Assembly: GCA_964035545.1 (NCBI GenBank)
Contig: OZ037765.1
Span: forward strand, 16,926,995-16,990,994
Direction: 5' to 3'
From: Bugula neritina
Lineage: Eukaryota > Animalia > Bryozoa
Length of the DNA stretch: 64,000 bases
Program-made: the position numbers and the translations under genes
In this document: positions 33,621 through 46,900 of the stretch, piece by piece
Position numbering within the stretch: position 1 is the first letter of the stretch
Layout of the letters: each line of letters begins with the position of its first letter
Notes under the pieces: generated by a model
What the model was told of the DNA's origin: nothing
What the model saw: only the letters and a program-made list of their open reading frames with translations
The model's database searches: none

Positions 33621-34978
33621 AGCGACAACTCCTAGAATTTAATGCAAGAAGGTTTTAATACAATGAAAAAATGAAAGATAACTCTAAATAACTATTACTA
33701 TTTCAACTCCCAGAACTTAGATGTTGGTACAACATGGGATGAATATCATTTTCAATATAAAAATAGAACATTTATACAATCTTTAGAGATCTGTAGTCAA
33801 TTTTATCAACACTATAATAATTTGACCATGGCAATATGTAGAAATTTTCAGCTTTCATAAAGCTTAATGGTCTAGAAACTTTTTAAGGTATTTTAATTTC
33901 AACAATGTTTTATAAAATATAACCAATTACTTTTACACTCGATTTTTCTTTCAACTTGAACATTGCTTGATTAAGACGACAATATATTGCTATATCTACA
34001 TGCATTAAAAATATTAGCCATTAACTGAAAAAAAAACCATTCAGCATGTTGCCAGAAAGTACTGCACACTACAAAAAGCCATATGTTATTTTGTACTCTT
34101 TTGTTGATTCCAATTTAAAATCATATGCCCCCAGTATACTCTGGGTTGGTTATTGCAAGCTTTTCTCACTGATCAGAATTCAGCAAAGAAATGAGCAATA
34201 GTATATATATAATTTATTCTAACACTAAATACAACAAAATTATAAATAAACTGTGATCTGGGTCACACAAAAATTATACTGAATTATATGAATTTTTTTA
34301 TCAAATATAGAATACGAACAATTTTTTTAATTAGAATCTAGTCAAATAATATGTACAGTTTGAAGTTTAAAAAAATGAGCAATGCCAGACAAATTCTCCA
34401 AGCCAGACTGTTTTACAGCCCATACGTCAAAGTCCCAAAAAATTGCAGTAAACCAGTAAAATAGCTAAAGGTTTAAGAGCGAAGCTCTATACAGTCAATG
34501 GATGTATATAATATTGTCATTACAGAGGCAGATGAATGTCAACAGTTATATAAAACTACTATGATGTTAGTAGTTGAAGCCAAATATATGGCTAAACTAT
34601 CTCAACCATAGTTTTCAAGTCAACCTTTAGTTTGATTGAATACAGGTAGTAGAAGAAAACTCGTTCATTCTAATAAAATATTTTGAATAAGATACAAGTT
34701 ACATTAGAGTAAAATATTGAATTCCTATGCCTTGAGACTACACACTTTAGCGTTAAGCGTATTTACAGAAAGATTGAGATCTGAACAGAGATTTAACTTG
34801 ATCAATTTATGCAAAACATATTTCAGTGAGTGACTAATAAAATTAACAATGAATAGAATCATTTGAATGTACTAAAAATGAATGCTTTCACAAATACAGC
34901 AGCAACTGAACTAAACTATAAAATCTTTGTTGAGATATTGAGAGTAGAAATCCAGTAACTCCGGCAGTCAAAACTTTC

Positions 34979-37900
34979 TTATAGCCTGGTTATCTTTCTA
35001 CCACCAGTGGATTCTGGAGGGCCTTTCAATGGAGATGACTTAATAGGTTTGGTTAGTCTGTAATAAAATTGTTAATAAATTATATTGCTGAGAGCGAAAC
35101 ACATCAACTAGTAAGATAATATCTACTTTAGAGATGCCTAGCTAGAAGTTCCAAACCTTTAAACTTTGACCCATATTTTAAAATTTAACTATAATGATAC
35201 ATATTTAACTGCGCATATATAAAAAATAGCTGTACAATTGTTTTAGTTTTAAAAATATATTACTGAGAATTTTGGCTCTATGCTTGTGAAAAATAGTTTT
35301 TATATTGTAGATGAAGTTTTAGTTCTGAGTAAAATAATGGTTGGCCTTACGGACCTATTCCAGATGAAATTAACAGACCTGTAATATTGGCTGTTTCACC
35401 TGTTCGATGATACACAATTCATTCCAACATCATCAACAAGCACTGCTGTTTATTAATAAAGAAGTATGATAAGTAAGCCAAGAAAACAAACAACATTACG
35501 AAGTATATAAACCAAGTTCACCTGTTAGATGTTGCCCCTGGCACATGCTTTTTAGGGCTATTAGCAGCAAATGTGGGTGCAACAACTGCTTTGTATACGG
35601 CAACAGTGTTAGGACCAGCAGCTGAAGAAGGCTTGGTGGCAATTTTCTTATGGGTTGGTTCAGGAGTAGCTCTATAACATAATAATACAGTACAATTTCA
35701 CAAATAATAGTAACAGTTGATTAAAAGTCAATTTTCCTTTGTTCGTTACATGAATTACACACAGATTTTCAAGGATAAAAAAGGAACTGCTTGCATATCT
35801 AGATAGTAGATACCATACAAGATGTAATAAATGCGAAGCTGTTATAAGTGGAAATATTAATATGATGTTAGAGCACAGCGGACTTGAAATTATAGAGAAA
35901 TAATACAGCATAATATGAGTAGTATATCTATGCTATATTGTAATGTTAAAGCACCATGGATAAAATCGGCATAGATATAAAACCAAAATGTGTTATTGAC
36001 ATGGTGGGCAGTTTTCACTCACTTTTGAGTCTTTTTCCTTTCCATAACTTTTTGTGTTGCAGAAGAGATTTTTGTTCTAGAAGGATGCAGATTCTTGTTA
36101 ACGGACTTGTTTGCTATCTTGCTCATCATTGGCTAAACAAAATTACAAAATAAGATGACGCATATATGCAGCACTGCAACTATAAAAATGGTCATTTTGT
36201 TCCCAAATCTTTTGTCTATTCTCTAATTTTATTTAAATATTACAAATGATAGCACAGTTCAAGGTAATTCATACATACCTTCCTTGACCTAGCATTTGCC
36301 ACCACCTGATCTGATTCACGAATCATAGACATTCTGTTTTCTGTTGGTAACTCGAAGAAGATTTCATGTATATCAAGCAATGCTGCTTGCCACTAAAATA
36401 AGTTAATGAGATGTTAGAATACATTCTGGATACATCTCCGATATCTGAAATAATACATCCTGATATAGCTGGTTTTTAAGCAACTAGAACCAATGAACCA
36501 GTCAGGGTAAGATAACTTGAAACTCAAACTAGCCAGGAGAGTGTACTGTGAAACATGCTGAGTATATAACACACATTACCCGCACATTGTATACAAGAAA
36601 CTAGCAGAGAGGTATAGTTCAGTTTTTGATGAAAAGCATATTAAAATTTTATGCTAAAAACCTGAGAGCCAAATTTATGTGACAAACATCTAGTAAGAAT
36701 AGTGGATGCTAATAGAGCCTTCCTGTATGATAAAAATATAGCTGCATCAAGCAATGTTTGCTCCAAAAAATTTTTTACAAGACGTGATAACTACCTGGTC
36801 TAGAAGTCTCTCTTGGAAATTGATATCCTGCAGTGTCAGAGTTTGACTATGTTTAGTAGCAGAGCTATCTGTCTTATATGGTAGTAAAGTCTGACAGTCT
36901 TTGATTGTTTTCACTATAGACTGAACTTTACTAGTGGACAGCAAGCGCCTACATAAATGTCCTCTTATAACTGCAGCCAGCCGAGCCATAGAGCTCGGTC
37001 TAGACTGTGCCGATGCCACCAACATAGAGTGAGATACTGATTGAGAGTGAAGAACATTTGGCGGGTGGCTGGGTGAAGCAGCCAATCCTGTGGACGGTCT
37101 AGGATGAGTTGAAGAATGAATACCGCCATACGAGCTACAAGTATACAATACATGTGATAGCCTAATTACTACACATTAAATTACCAGCATATTATACATT
37201 TGGGAAGGCTAACAGAACGAGAGTAGAGCCTTTATAACACAAACTTGACAAGATATGTGCAGCAGGTAAATGGCCTGCATAATAATAAACATACATTACC
37301 TGCAATTGACAAAAGCAAAGTTTATATAAAAATTATACACTACGTGGTACCAGATATTTTGTAATTCTATCACTTTACGCATAAGCTACATTCAGACATG
37401 GAAATCATATTTGCAATAAATACACTGCGCTTTTATAAGAAGCCAAGCAGAGCAGAAGTTAGGCTTAGATTAAAAAAAGCTTATGGGAGGAGGAGCTTTT
37501 TATTTCACTGCATTTGTATTAAAGGCCGTTTAACCCATTATAATTAACAGGATAAAAAGTGCACAATTCCTCATACCTGCTATTACTAAGGCTATCATCT
37601 AATGAAGGCATAAGATATGAGCTGTACCCAGTAGTTATTGGAGTTGCCTCCTTTTCAGCAAAGGACTTGACTGTCTGAGCACCAGATGTTCCCCCTGAAT
37701 ATGAAGACGCATCATTGTTCACACAAACATAACAAAAACCGGGCCAAAGTTTTCTGCATTGTATGTGACACACAACTTAGTTTATTACTACGTGTAGTCA
37801 TGCACTGCTTGTATAATAATATATTATATAACTGAGAATGGAGTTGTCTTCTTACCAGTGAGCTTGTTGGTCGAAGGAAGTTTTTCTCTTAGCTCAGCCA

Positions 37901-40900
37901 AACTCATATCTGCTGATGAGCCCACAGATTTCTGCAGGTGTTGTGATTGCACTTTATTAGTGTAAGGTGATGTGTGCGCATAAGCTGTACTTGGTCTATG
38001 ATCTTCCATCTTGTTCTATAAAAAAGACAGCCCCAATAATATTTTAGCCTCATAACTATCTTGCCTGCTATATTGTAATTATCTAAGGATGTTCGACTAC
38101 AACATACTGTAAGGAGACATATTATTCTAGGATAATGCTCGTTTAGACAATATTTTGCACACAAAACAGTTCTTAATATTTTAAACACATATTGAACATG
38201 CAAAAACATGTATACATTTTTAGAGAGGTGACAAGCCGTCTTATTGCATCTATTACAACAGGCTACACTATGTGCAACAAGCATGCTGTAAATATAGTAA
38301 TATCACCAGAGTAACTTAGCACAATGAACAAAGTATTCACACATGTTATTGCTTCGAGCTTAGTCAGCAACAGCAGCGTGTGTTTCATAACAATGGCAAG
38401 GCACTCCTATTGAGTTGACACAAACAATACCAGTTAATACAACCACTACAATTGGGACTTTAATAGTTATTACATCACCATTACATAAAATAGCACCAAA
38501 CAACTTTTCCCTTTGAGTAAACTGTCAAGACTAATTCAACTAACAAAATTAAAAAACAATACACTTTTGTAATTGACACTTTTGTCTTTGCCTGTAGCTA
38601 CAACAAGTAGTAATTCACAAAGGAAAATGGGGCCACATTTAGCATAACTTACGTCTACAATTGTGAACTAAAAACATGGAGTTATAATATATCCAAAAGC
38701 CAAGTATATACTGGGTGAATGATATACATGAACCAGAAAAGAGAGAAAAACATCTGTGGCACAACTAAGTAAACACAAAGTAAAACAAAATACCTGATTG
38801 ATCACACTTTTCATTGGATCAGCACTGTTTGGCCGCTGTTCAGATGCTTCACCCATTGAAAGTTTTCCAGCATATTTAGATTTTAGGAGTGTTAGTTCCC
38901 TCCGTACTTTCTCAACCATTTCACTGTTTTCTTTAGTCTAGAACATATGCATGTAGAGGAGATCAATAACACTCTAGCACCTGCTTCCATCTGCCATTTG
39001 TTTAGAGAATGATTCAATATTATGGAAATTGTCTTTACATGGCTTACAGGAAATTTGCAAAAATGCAAAAAAAATTCTTTACTGTACGATGAGACATACT
39101 TGGGAAATATTTAGGTGACATACTCACATTTTTGCTGCCAGTATGTTGATAATGAGAGCTTTTGCTGCCACTACTATTACTGCCAACTGAAGTTGCAACT
39201 CTGGCACCATTTTCATTGACATCACTTTCTGCGAGCATAAATGTATTACTGTGTAGTGTGTTTATATGAACACTATGCAAATATCAGCATGAAACATATA
39301 CATGTATACTATGATTTAAATAGCAAATAAAATACTGTTATTATGGATATCAATGAGCTATAAATTTATTATTTTAAGCAATATAGTTGTGAATGGTTGC
39401 CTGATGCAGCATCTTAGTGAAACAACAAAATTCAAACCTACCTGGAGGTGGGTGATTCATGGCCTGACTCGTTCGGTATGAAGCCCTCGACTTCAACAGA
39501 TGAATTTTATCTCCCCATGCCTCCTTCACAAATTTCCCTGTAACCCCAAGTTGTTGAAGACTATGCTGTCTGTGAGCTTGCTTAGATATACTCGAGCTAC
39601 TATGGTTAATGCTGTCACTAGATGCGGCTGAGGCAGCTGACTTGGATTTAGTGTCAGCTCCCAACTTTCTCTCATCTCCTTGCTTCACTTCGCTAGTATC
39701 TATTAGCAGAATACTCAGTTCAAAAAGATGTGAACAAAAAAGATGTGCTGCATGCAGTATTACTAGCTGATGAGGTCAACCACCTACTCAGTGATCAATA
39801 TCTCTTATTGTATGTCATAAGAATTCAACAGCAGCCTGAGATGTTCCCATCTAACAGGAAGTAAAAACTTGTTGGTTGGGTGAAATGACACACAAAGCAG
39901 CTGGCACTCTTCATTACATAATTATTACGAACTTTATCAACAAAAACTGAATAAATGGTACAAGCAAAAATGACAGAGAGTACAATTCTCAAATTTACTG
40001 TAATTTTACATAAGATTATTGTTATGATAAAATAGCAACAGGTTAGTGCAAGTCTACACCCACCTTTAGCAGAGCTATATTCAGACAATGTAGAACAATC
40101 AGCTAAAGACCTGTCTACAGTGCTGCAGGTTATAGTAGACTCCAGAGCTGACTTCTGGGACTCATTGAGAGAGTTCAGCAAAGCAGCTGATGGTTCAGAC
40201 ACAACGTAGGACTTGCTGTGGACAGCTTTGTTTCTTTGTATAGCACTCGGTGAATGACTATCTACATCTAATATAAATAGCGTGTTCTATTTTAAACCTC
40301 AGAAAAATTACCATGCAGCTAACAGTAATAAGTTAGCTCAAAATTCAAAGTGTATAGAATGGAGGGTTGGGTGAGAAGCACCCACAAACTCAAGTTCATC
40401 CGTTTTATGGAAGATATAAATGGGTTTACATCCCAACTTTAATAAGAAAATATGCACTGTAAAGCACTCTCCTCATTGGGGCATGTCCATAAGCATGGCT
40501 ATTAAAACTAATGAAAACATTGAAGTGGCAATGGTTTTAACATTGTTTACTGGCAAATGTTAGTGACTTCAACAGGAACAGAGAAACACTTTTCATCTGC
40601 TAAATTATGTTTGCAGTGAGATTGGTAAAAATAGTTTTTGCATTAATACATAATTTCTAAACTTTTGAGTCAGCCAAAGCATGTTGGTTTTAATAGCACC
40701 TGTTTATTCAGATGCTTTTGAAAATGAAAAAAAAATAAATGTGCTTAAAACAGTTTTCTGTAAACTGTGACGACCAAATATAACTGATTTTCTTTTCAAG
40801 GAAACATCTATTTCTACACAGACCTCTAGAACAGATATATTTAGTATATAGAGCCAGTAGATGTGACAAGCACCTGCAGTAGATGAGGGTGATGTGTCAG

Positions 40901-43900
40901 TGAATATTGACAGAGGTTGTGTCGAGGTAGAAGATTGAGAGACATCATGTTTATCAATGCAGGACTTAGAACTGACACTGGATATGACTGGGGGATGGCT
41001 GCTCTTTTCTTCTACCCGATTATGGGTTACAGGTAAGTTTTCTGACTTGTCTGGAGAAGGGAAGAATTTAAGAGGCGTCTTCACTCTACCAGCCTAGAAG
41101 AAAAACATTACTAATTAGTAGACTATTTGTTTAACTCTTCAAGATAAGAACAAATAAATTTGCAAAAAAGTGAAGTAAAAATAAAAAATAAATAATGACC
41201 ACAGCAAATGCTCTATGGGACAGCAAAATATAGCATCATCATGGCCAACATTTTATTGAACTACGACTGTAAGCCTCAGTAACTGAATTAATTGCCAGAT
41301 GTCAAATTTTATAACTTAAAAACTTAATTAAGGAATTCTATACATAAAATTGATCCTATCTTTTATCTATATACTTATAAAAGACTTTTGGATTTGTAGT
41401 GTATAAGTCCGGGTACTTAAACAGACGCCTTTATAATCTTTCGGCGATTAGAAATGCTAAGACAATGGCTACAATCTGCTGGTGATGACTAAAATATTAA
41501 TTGACATTATGACACCTTTTACTAGCATCACTAAATCTCATGACATTTGCAGGTGAAAAGCATCATGTTAATATTTCAAACAATAATATAACATTCATGA
41601 GACCTAGATTGAAAGAAGCATATACTGCAGTATCTACAGAAACTTGTTTAAAGACACAAAAACACAATAGGAACCTTGTCAGCTGAGAGTAACGCCTCGG
41701 AGGGTTGCTCGAGAGTGTAAGAGTTGCTACGAAGGAAAAGATGGCTGGAAGGTGAAGGTTGCTTTGTCTCTGGGCAGATTACAGACTGACTGTCGTCTGG
41801 TAGAGGGGTGGTACTCCTCAGAGTGTCGTCCATCGAGTCTTCCACTTCACTAGCCCCGCCCTTCACTTCTGTATGGTGTACTTCTGGCAGCAATTCGCTT
41901 AGCTTCTGCTTCACACTAAAGAATAATACCAGACTGTTTTATCTGCACATCTCTTCAGTATTATCACTGAGTAGTTAATAGGATTGACTGCTAGTAGCCT
42001 ACTAACGATAACTTAATGATTTAAAAATATCATTTCGGCTAATTTCAGAGTAATCTTCGGTGATCCATGGATCCTTTGGTGTGTATTTTGTTGCAGGATT
42101 TTTTTCTGAAGGTTTGCTATAAGAAATGGAGATTTTATATAACAAACTACTGCTATGACATGTAAAATGATACTTGGAATGATACTTGATAGCTTTTCTG
42201 AAAAATCCCATGAATAGAATTCATAAATATTGCTACAGTGAAAAAATGTTTGTTCACTTGAGTGCATAGTGTTAGAAGAGGCCATCGTAATTCTGAGACA
42301 CACAAACAGAGAGATGTGACAAACTCAATAGCAAATAGTGATGTTGGTTCAGTGCAGGAGTTTCACAATAGCTAATGTTGGTTGTAATATACTGCTCTAA
42401 TAACAAGCAGCCACTCAACTTATTGATTGACACAGATATATCTTAACTTTATGTTCTAAATTCTTAATGCTATGAATATTTATCTTTTTGAAAATATAAC
42501 ATAAATTGAGTTTCAGCATGGGGTAATTTCTCAAATAAGTTTTATACAGTAACATTATCAGAGTACTTTGATGAACAAATGATTATAATCTGACCTGCTC
42601 TTATTCAAATACCTGAATATACTAAAGTATGGATTATACTGCATGATATCTTATTACATAAAAGGTAATATCTTATATAAAAGAAACACTCTGAGAGTAT
42701 TACAGTGAAGTAAATCAAAAATAATAATTTAAATTTTAAAATATCAGCAATAATTAAACACAGGCAGTGTAACTCAACCATTTATTATTCGATAATAAGA
42801 TATGTTAGTTAAGGTTTTTATGTTATACTTCATAAGAATGAAGAAGTATCATAGCAACGGCTACTGCAAGGTCACATGCTGCTGCTGCTGCTTCTTGCCA
42901 AGTTGACAACCAACAAGCATCCCCAGGGTTGATGTTGACTATTCAAAATTAATCTACTTTTATTAAGCAATTATTGCTTCAAGCAAAAAGTGTGTGTGAT
43001 AAAACCTTGTGTGTACACCTTTGTTTATTAAAGAAAGAATCATTGTTTACACAAATAGTCCAGGTATAGCTGAAATTTAACACTTGATAGTAAACAAAGC
43101 AGTGCAGAGATAGCTTAGCAGGCAGTAGTACCCGCTGCTACCCATAACAGCAGTTTAAAGTGAAACTACTATTTTTTATTTTATATAAAAAAGTTCCAAA
43201 ATTAGAAGAAAACTTCTTTAATTTCTACATTCAAGACATAGTCAGCATAACTATAACTATAATTCATTCACTTTTTAGCTGCTATCTAATTTTAAAACAA
43301 CCAGTCTACCATTCTAGAATAAAAAACACAAGAAGGAAACAATCTAACAATACTATGACAAAAACATTGAACAATTGTTGCATATCACAGCATGAACTAT
43401 ATTCTGTGATTTATGCAAAAACAGCTTGACAAAGTATTAACTTGGGCCCTTGAATATGCTGATAACAATTTTCAAGTAAGACAAAACAATTTAATTAATC
43501 TGCTTTAATATTAGGACTAAGGCTGTATAACATTTTCAATTTTTATTCAAGGTGATCGTAAATATGTTAATGGATGTTAGGGCCAAAGGAAAAAATTAAT
43601 ATGTTATTCTATTTCAGACAAAAGTGCTCGGTTTTGAGTTTTTTGTCAGGTATGTGTCCTCTTCTAAACATTGGCTCAAAATAAATTATAGTGTGTTGAG
43701 ACTTTCATAACGCAATATCACAACAGCAAATTTGACTTAACCTACTTCTATATTTTAATTGCATTAATGCATTTCTAGCTATAATGAGCCACAGCTTCTT
43801 TTCATAGGTTTTCCTCGTACCGAACTCAGAGAGTTGCTGCGTGTCTTATGATAGTAGTGCATGAGATAATCATAAATTTTATTCTAATAATGTGATTGTC

Positions 43901-46900
43901 AATAGGATTTTGATGTATTGACTGAGGTGCTATTACCACTTAGCCTATTTCATGCTGTCTTTCTATCTTAACACTGTTGATTATTTGTATTTTGTGTAAT
44001 TTTAAAAAGTGTTATCTAAAACTACGCGGGCACTGCTAAACTTCTGTGTATACAGTCTTAATAGCTCTTTATAGAAATCTTACATCTCTAACTGCTTCAA
44101 GGGAAAATAGCAAAGTAGAGACCTACCACTAATTTGATACAAAATCAGACTTTACTTATGGGTAGGTATCTAGGCCCCCATCACAAGAGCAATTTAGTAT
44201 TTGTTCCACACGACTTTGGCATTAATATTGTAGGTAATTTATTTGATTTGGTACCTATCAGGTGCATTCTGTAACCAGTGCTCCATGTTGACTTCACCAC
44301 TGCAGTGCAGCTGAGAAATCTTCTCTACTAGCCATTGCTGGGTTAAGTTGTCACTGGCAGGTCGCAGTTTTTCTGGGAGGTGGAGATAATCTACAACATG
44401 AATGATGATGCTAGCATATTGTTGGGCAATATAGATGGAAATGAGAGGGGCTCGAATATCTACATAATTGGCAAAAAAAAATTTCAAACACAATCTTTTG
44501 GTTTTATGAAAAAAAAAACATTAATAGGGGTTTCTTTGCAAAGTTATGCAGTATATGAATCCTAAACACCTATTGCCACATAATTAGTTACTGGCACGAT
44601 TTATAGCATGTTAAAGTCTGTAAAGTGAAATTTCAACTATAAGGCAGCTAGGATTGATACAATTAGCAGGAAAGTTAAAGGTGGCTATTAGCAATTAATA
44701 GCTGCTATAGACTTAGAAACTAAAATAATTAATTAAATAGTTTCATACTCTGTAAGCTTCTATGAAGGATCTAAAGAAAAGAAAGTAGGTTGTTTGACAC
44801 TCAATTATTTAACAAGTTGAATGGTATCCTTTAGGTTTGCAGAAGTACAGTAACCGCCAAAGGGATTCAAATATTGATAATATTGATCACTGTTCTTCAA
44901 ACAGCGGTTGGCTAATGTTAACTGTGGGATCATGATACTTGAGTATTTACTAACAGCTATCACCTGACTGTAATTTGTTTAACATCAACAATGATTTGGA
45001 TGTTGTTAAACTTTACTAAGGTTAGCATTACAATCCCATTCTGTAGCTCAAAGTATAGAAAACCAACATTTAATTTTCCTTTTATATTATATACCAAGGC
45101 TTTCACCAATTGGTGTGCTAAAAGAACTTTGAAAACAAAATGTCAATATGATTTTTATTAAAAAGTAAATATAGTTTAGGATACCTTACAGCTGCGACAG
45201 CCATAATACATGTAACTCGTGTACATAACTGTTGACTTACTGGGACTATTAGAAAGGGAAGTACAGGGCAAACTATCCACATTTGGTGCTACGGCTTTTA
45301 CATGGTTTCCAACCACATCTGAAATCTCTGGCATTGCACTGCTGGTGCTAATCTCATCATCTCCAGTCTTTGCGTGCAGACCATCTCCACTGGCCATACC
45401 TTTGTACAGTCTATCACTTGAATGTTTAATCTCACCAGGTAGCTCTACATCTAGACAATATAAGTACAGTAAATATATGTATAGAGGTTAAAATCTGAAA
45501 CAAACTATTTGCTAACTATAAATGTATGCAGTTGTCAGGTTGTAAATCACCTTTCAGGTCTGTAGTAACAAGGTCATCAAAGCTGGTGTGGACTGGAAGA
45601 AGCTGAATGTCTTCTCCGCCTCCTTTAGCAGGAGGGGCGTGTCTGTGACTCGTATCAGCAACCTGTGAACTCGGGCTACTCTTGAGATCTGGGCTAGATG
45701 AAGCTGCCTCTAGTAGGTCAGCTGTCACAAGAGATGACTTCCGTGATACTTTGCATTCCTTCCCATCTCCACCATCCGACAGGGTTGGTGACTTCTGTGG
45801 GGTAGAATCAAAGGTGCTCTCCCGACTAACTGGAAGAGAGGGGGGTAAGGTGTGTATTCCCTTCAAAGGTTGAGGAGGACCTGGCTCTTTGCTGGGGGAG
45901 TTCTGTTTCTTCAGTGGTTGTGATGCCGTGCGAGACAAAAGCTTGACGGCTGCCGCTGTTGCTGCTCCCTCTTTGTTCGTGTATTTAGGAGAGATGAGAA
46001 GATTGTGACTAGTGGGAAGTTGATCAGTTACCGGCTCGCTGCCGCTGACTTCCTTTGACAAGTCAGTAACTGCACGTGGCAGCGGAGCTCTACCACTAAA
46101 CTCCTCCGACATCAAACTCCTGATAGACATGTCATAGCTACGAGTCAGCTTGTTAATGGCTGAATGCTTGTTGGTGTGTAGAGAACTCATGTCCCCTGAC
46201 ATAACTCTTCTGTGCATCTTTGGAGTCGAATCAGACATGATGACTGAAAGTATATTGTACAAGATGATGCGTTTAAATAATTCTTGAGGAAATACAAAAT
46301 TAGCAAAAGACATACAGCATTCTTCACATATATAAATAAGAATTATTATTTGGCTATCAAATTTAAAAGCAAGAACAATGAATAATAGACATTAAAAAGA
46401 CATGCGTATGTTACTTGAAGAGAAGAGAACAAGCAGTACCTGTAGGAATGTCTCCAGAACCGGTTCTTCTAAGAGCTTTATCAGAGCCACTTCTCTTGTG
46501 GCTCCTTTCAGATCCACTACGGCGCAACCTGCAGCTGCCGTCAGATCCAGTTCTTCTTACTACAGATTTTGCTGCTGCCTGCAGAGTGTTCTGCTGCTCT
46601 GATGCCGGCGCATCATGCTGCCTGGGACCTCTGAGAGCTGGTTCGCTGTGTATAGAACTATTAGAAGTACTTCTCCGACGGCTACTAGTGTCAGGACGGG
46701 ACGCCTCACTACCACTAGAGCCACCCGACTCTCTACGCCTCCGGTGTATCCTGGGAACTGTCACTACAAACAGATTTCTTGCATCATCACTGTCTGAGGT
46801 GTGTACAGAGTCGGAGTCCTTTCTCCTCAGTAGCTCAGTTTGATGTCTCTTTATTCTTCCTTTCACGCTGCTGTCTCTTTTAGCTATAATGAAATTTTAG

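Noticed and set aside
44824-45186. U12-type donor-like strings (GTATCCTT at 44824 on +, GTATCCTA at about 45184 on -; also ATATCCTT at 12979)
   Set aside because: Wrong strand, intergenic, or wrong phase for the inferred exon chain; a GTAAGT donor at 45240 fits better.
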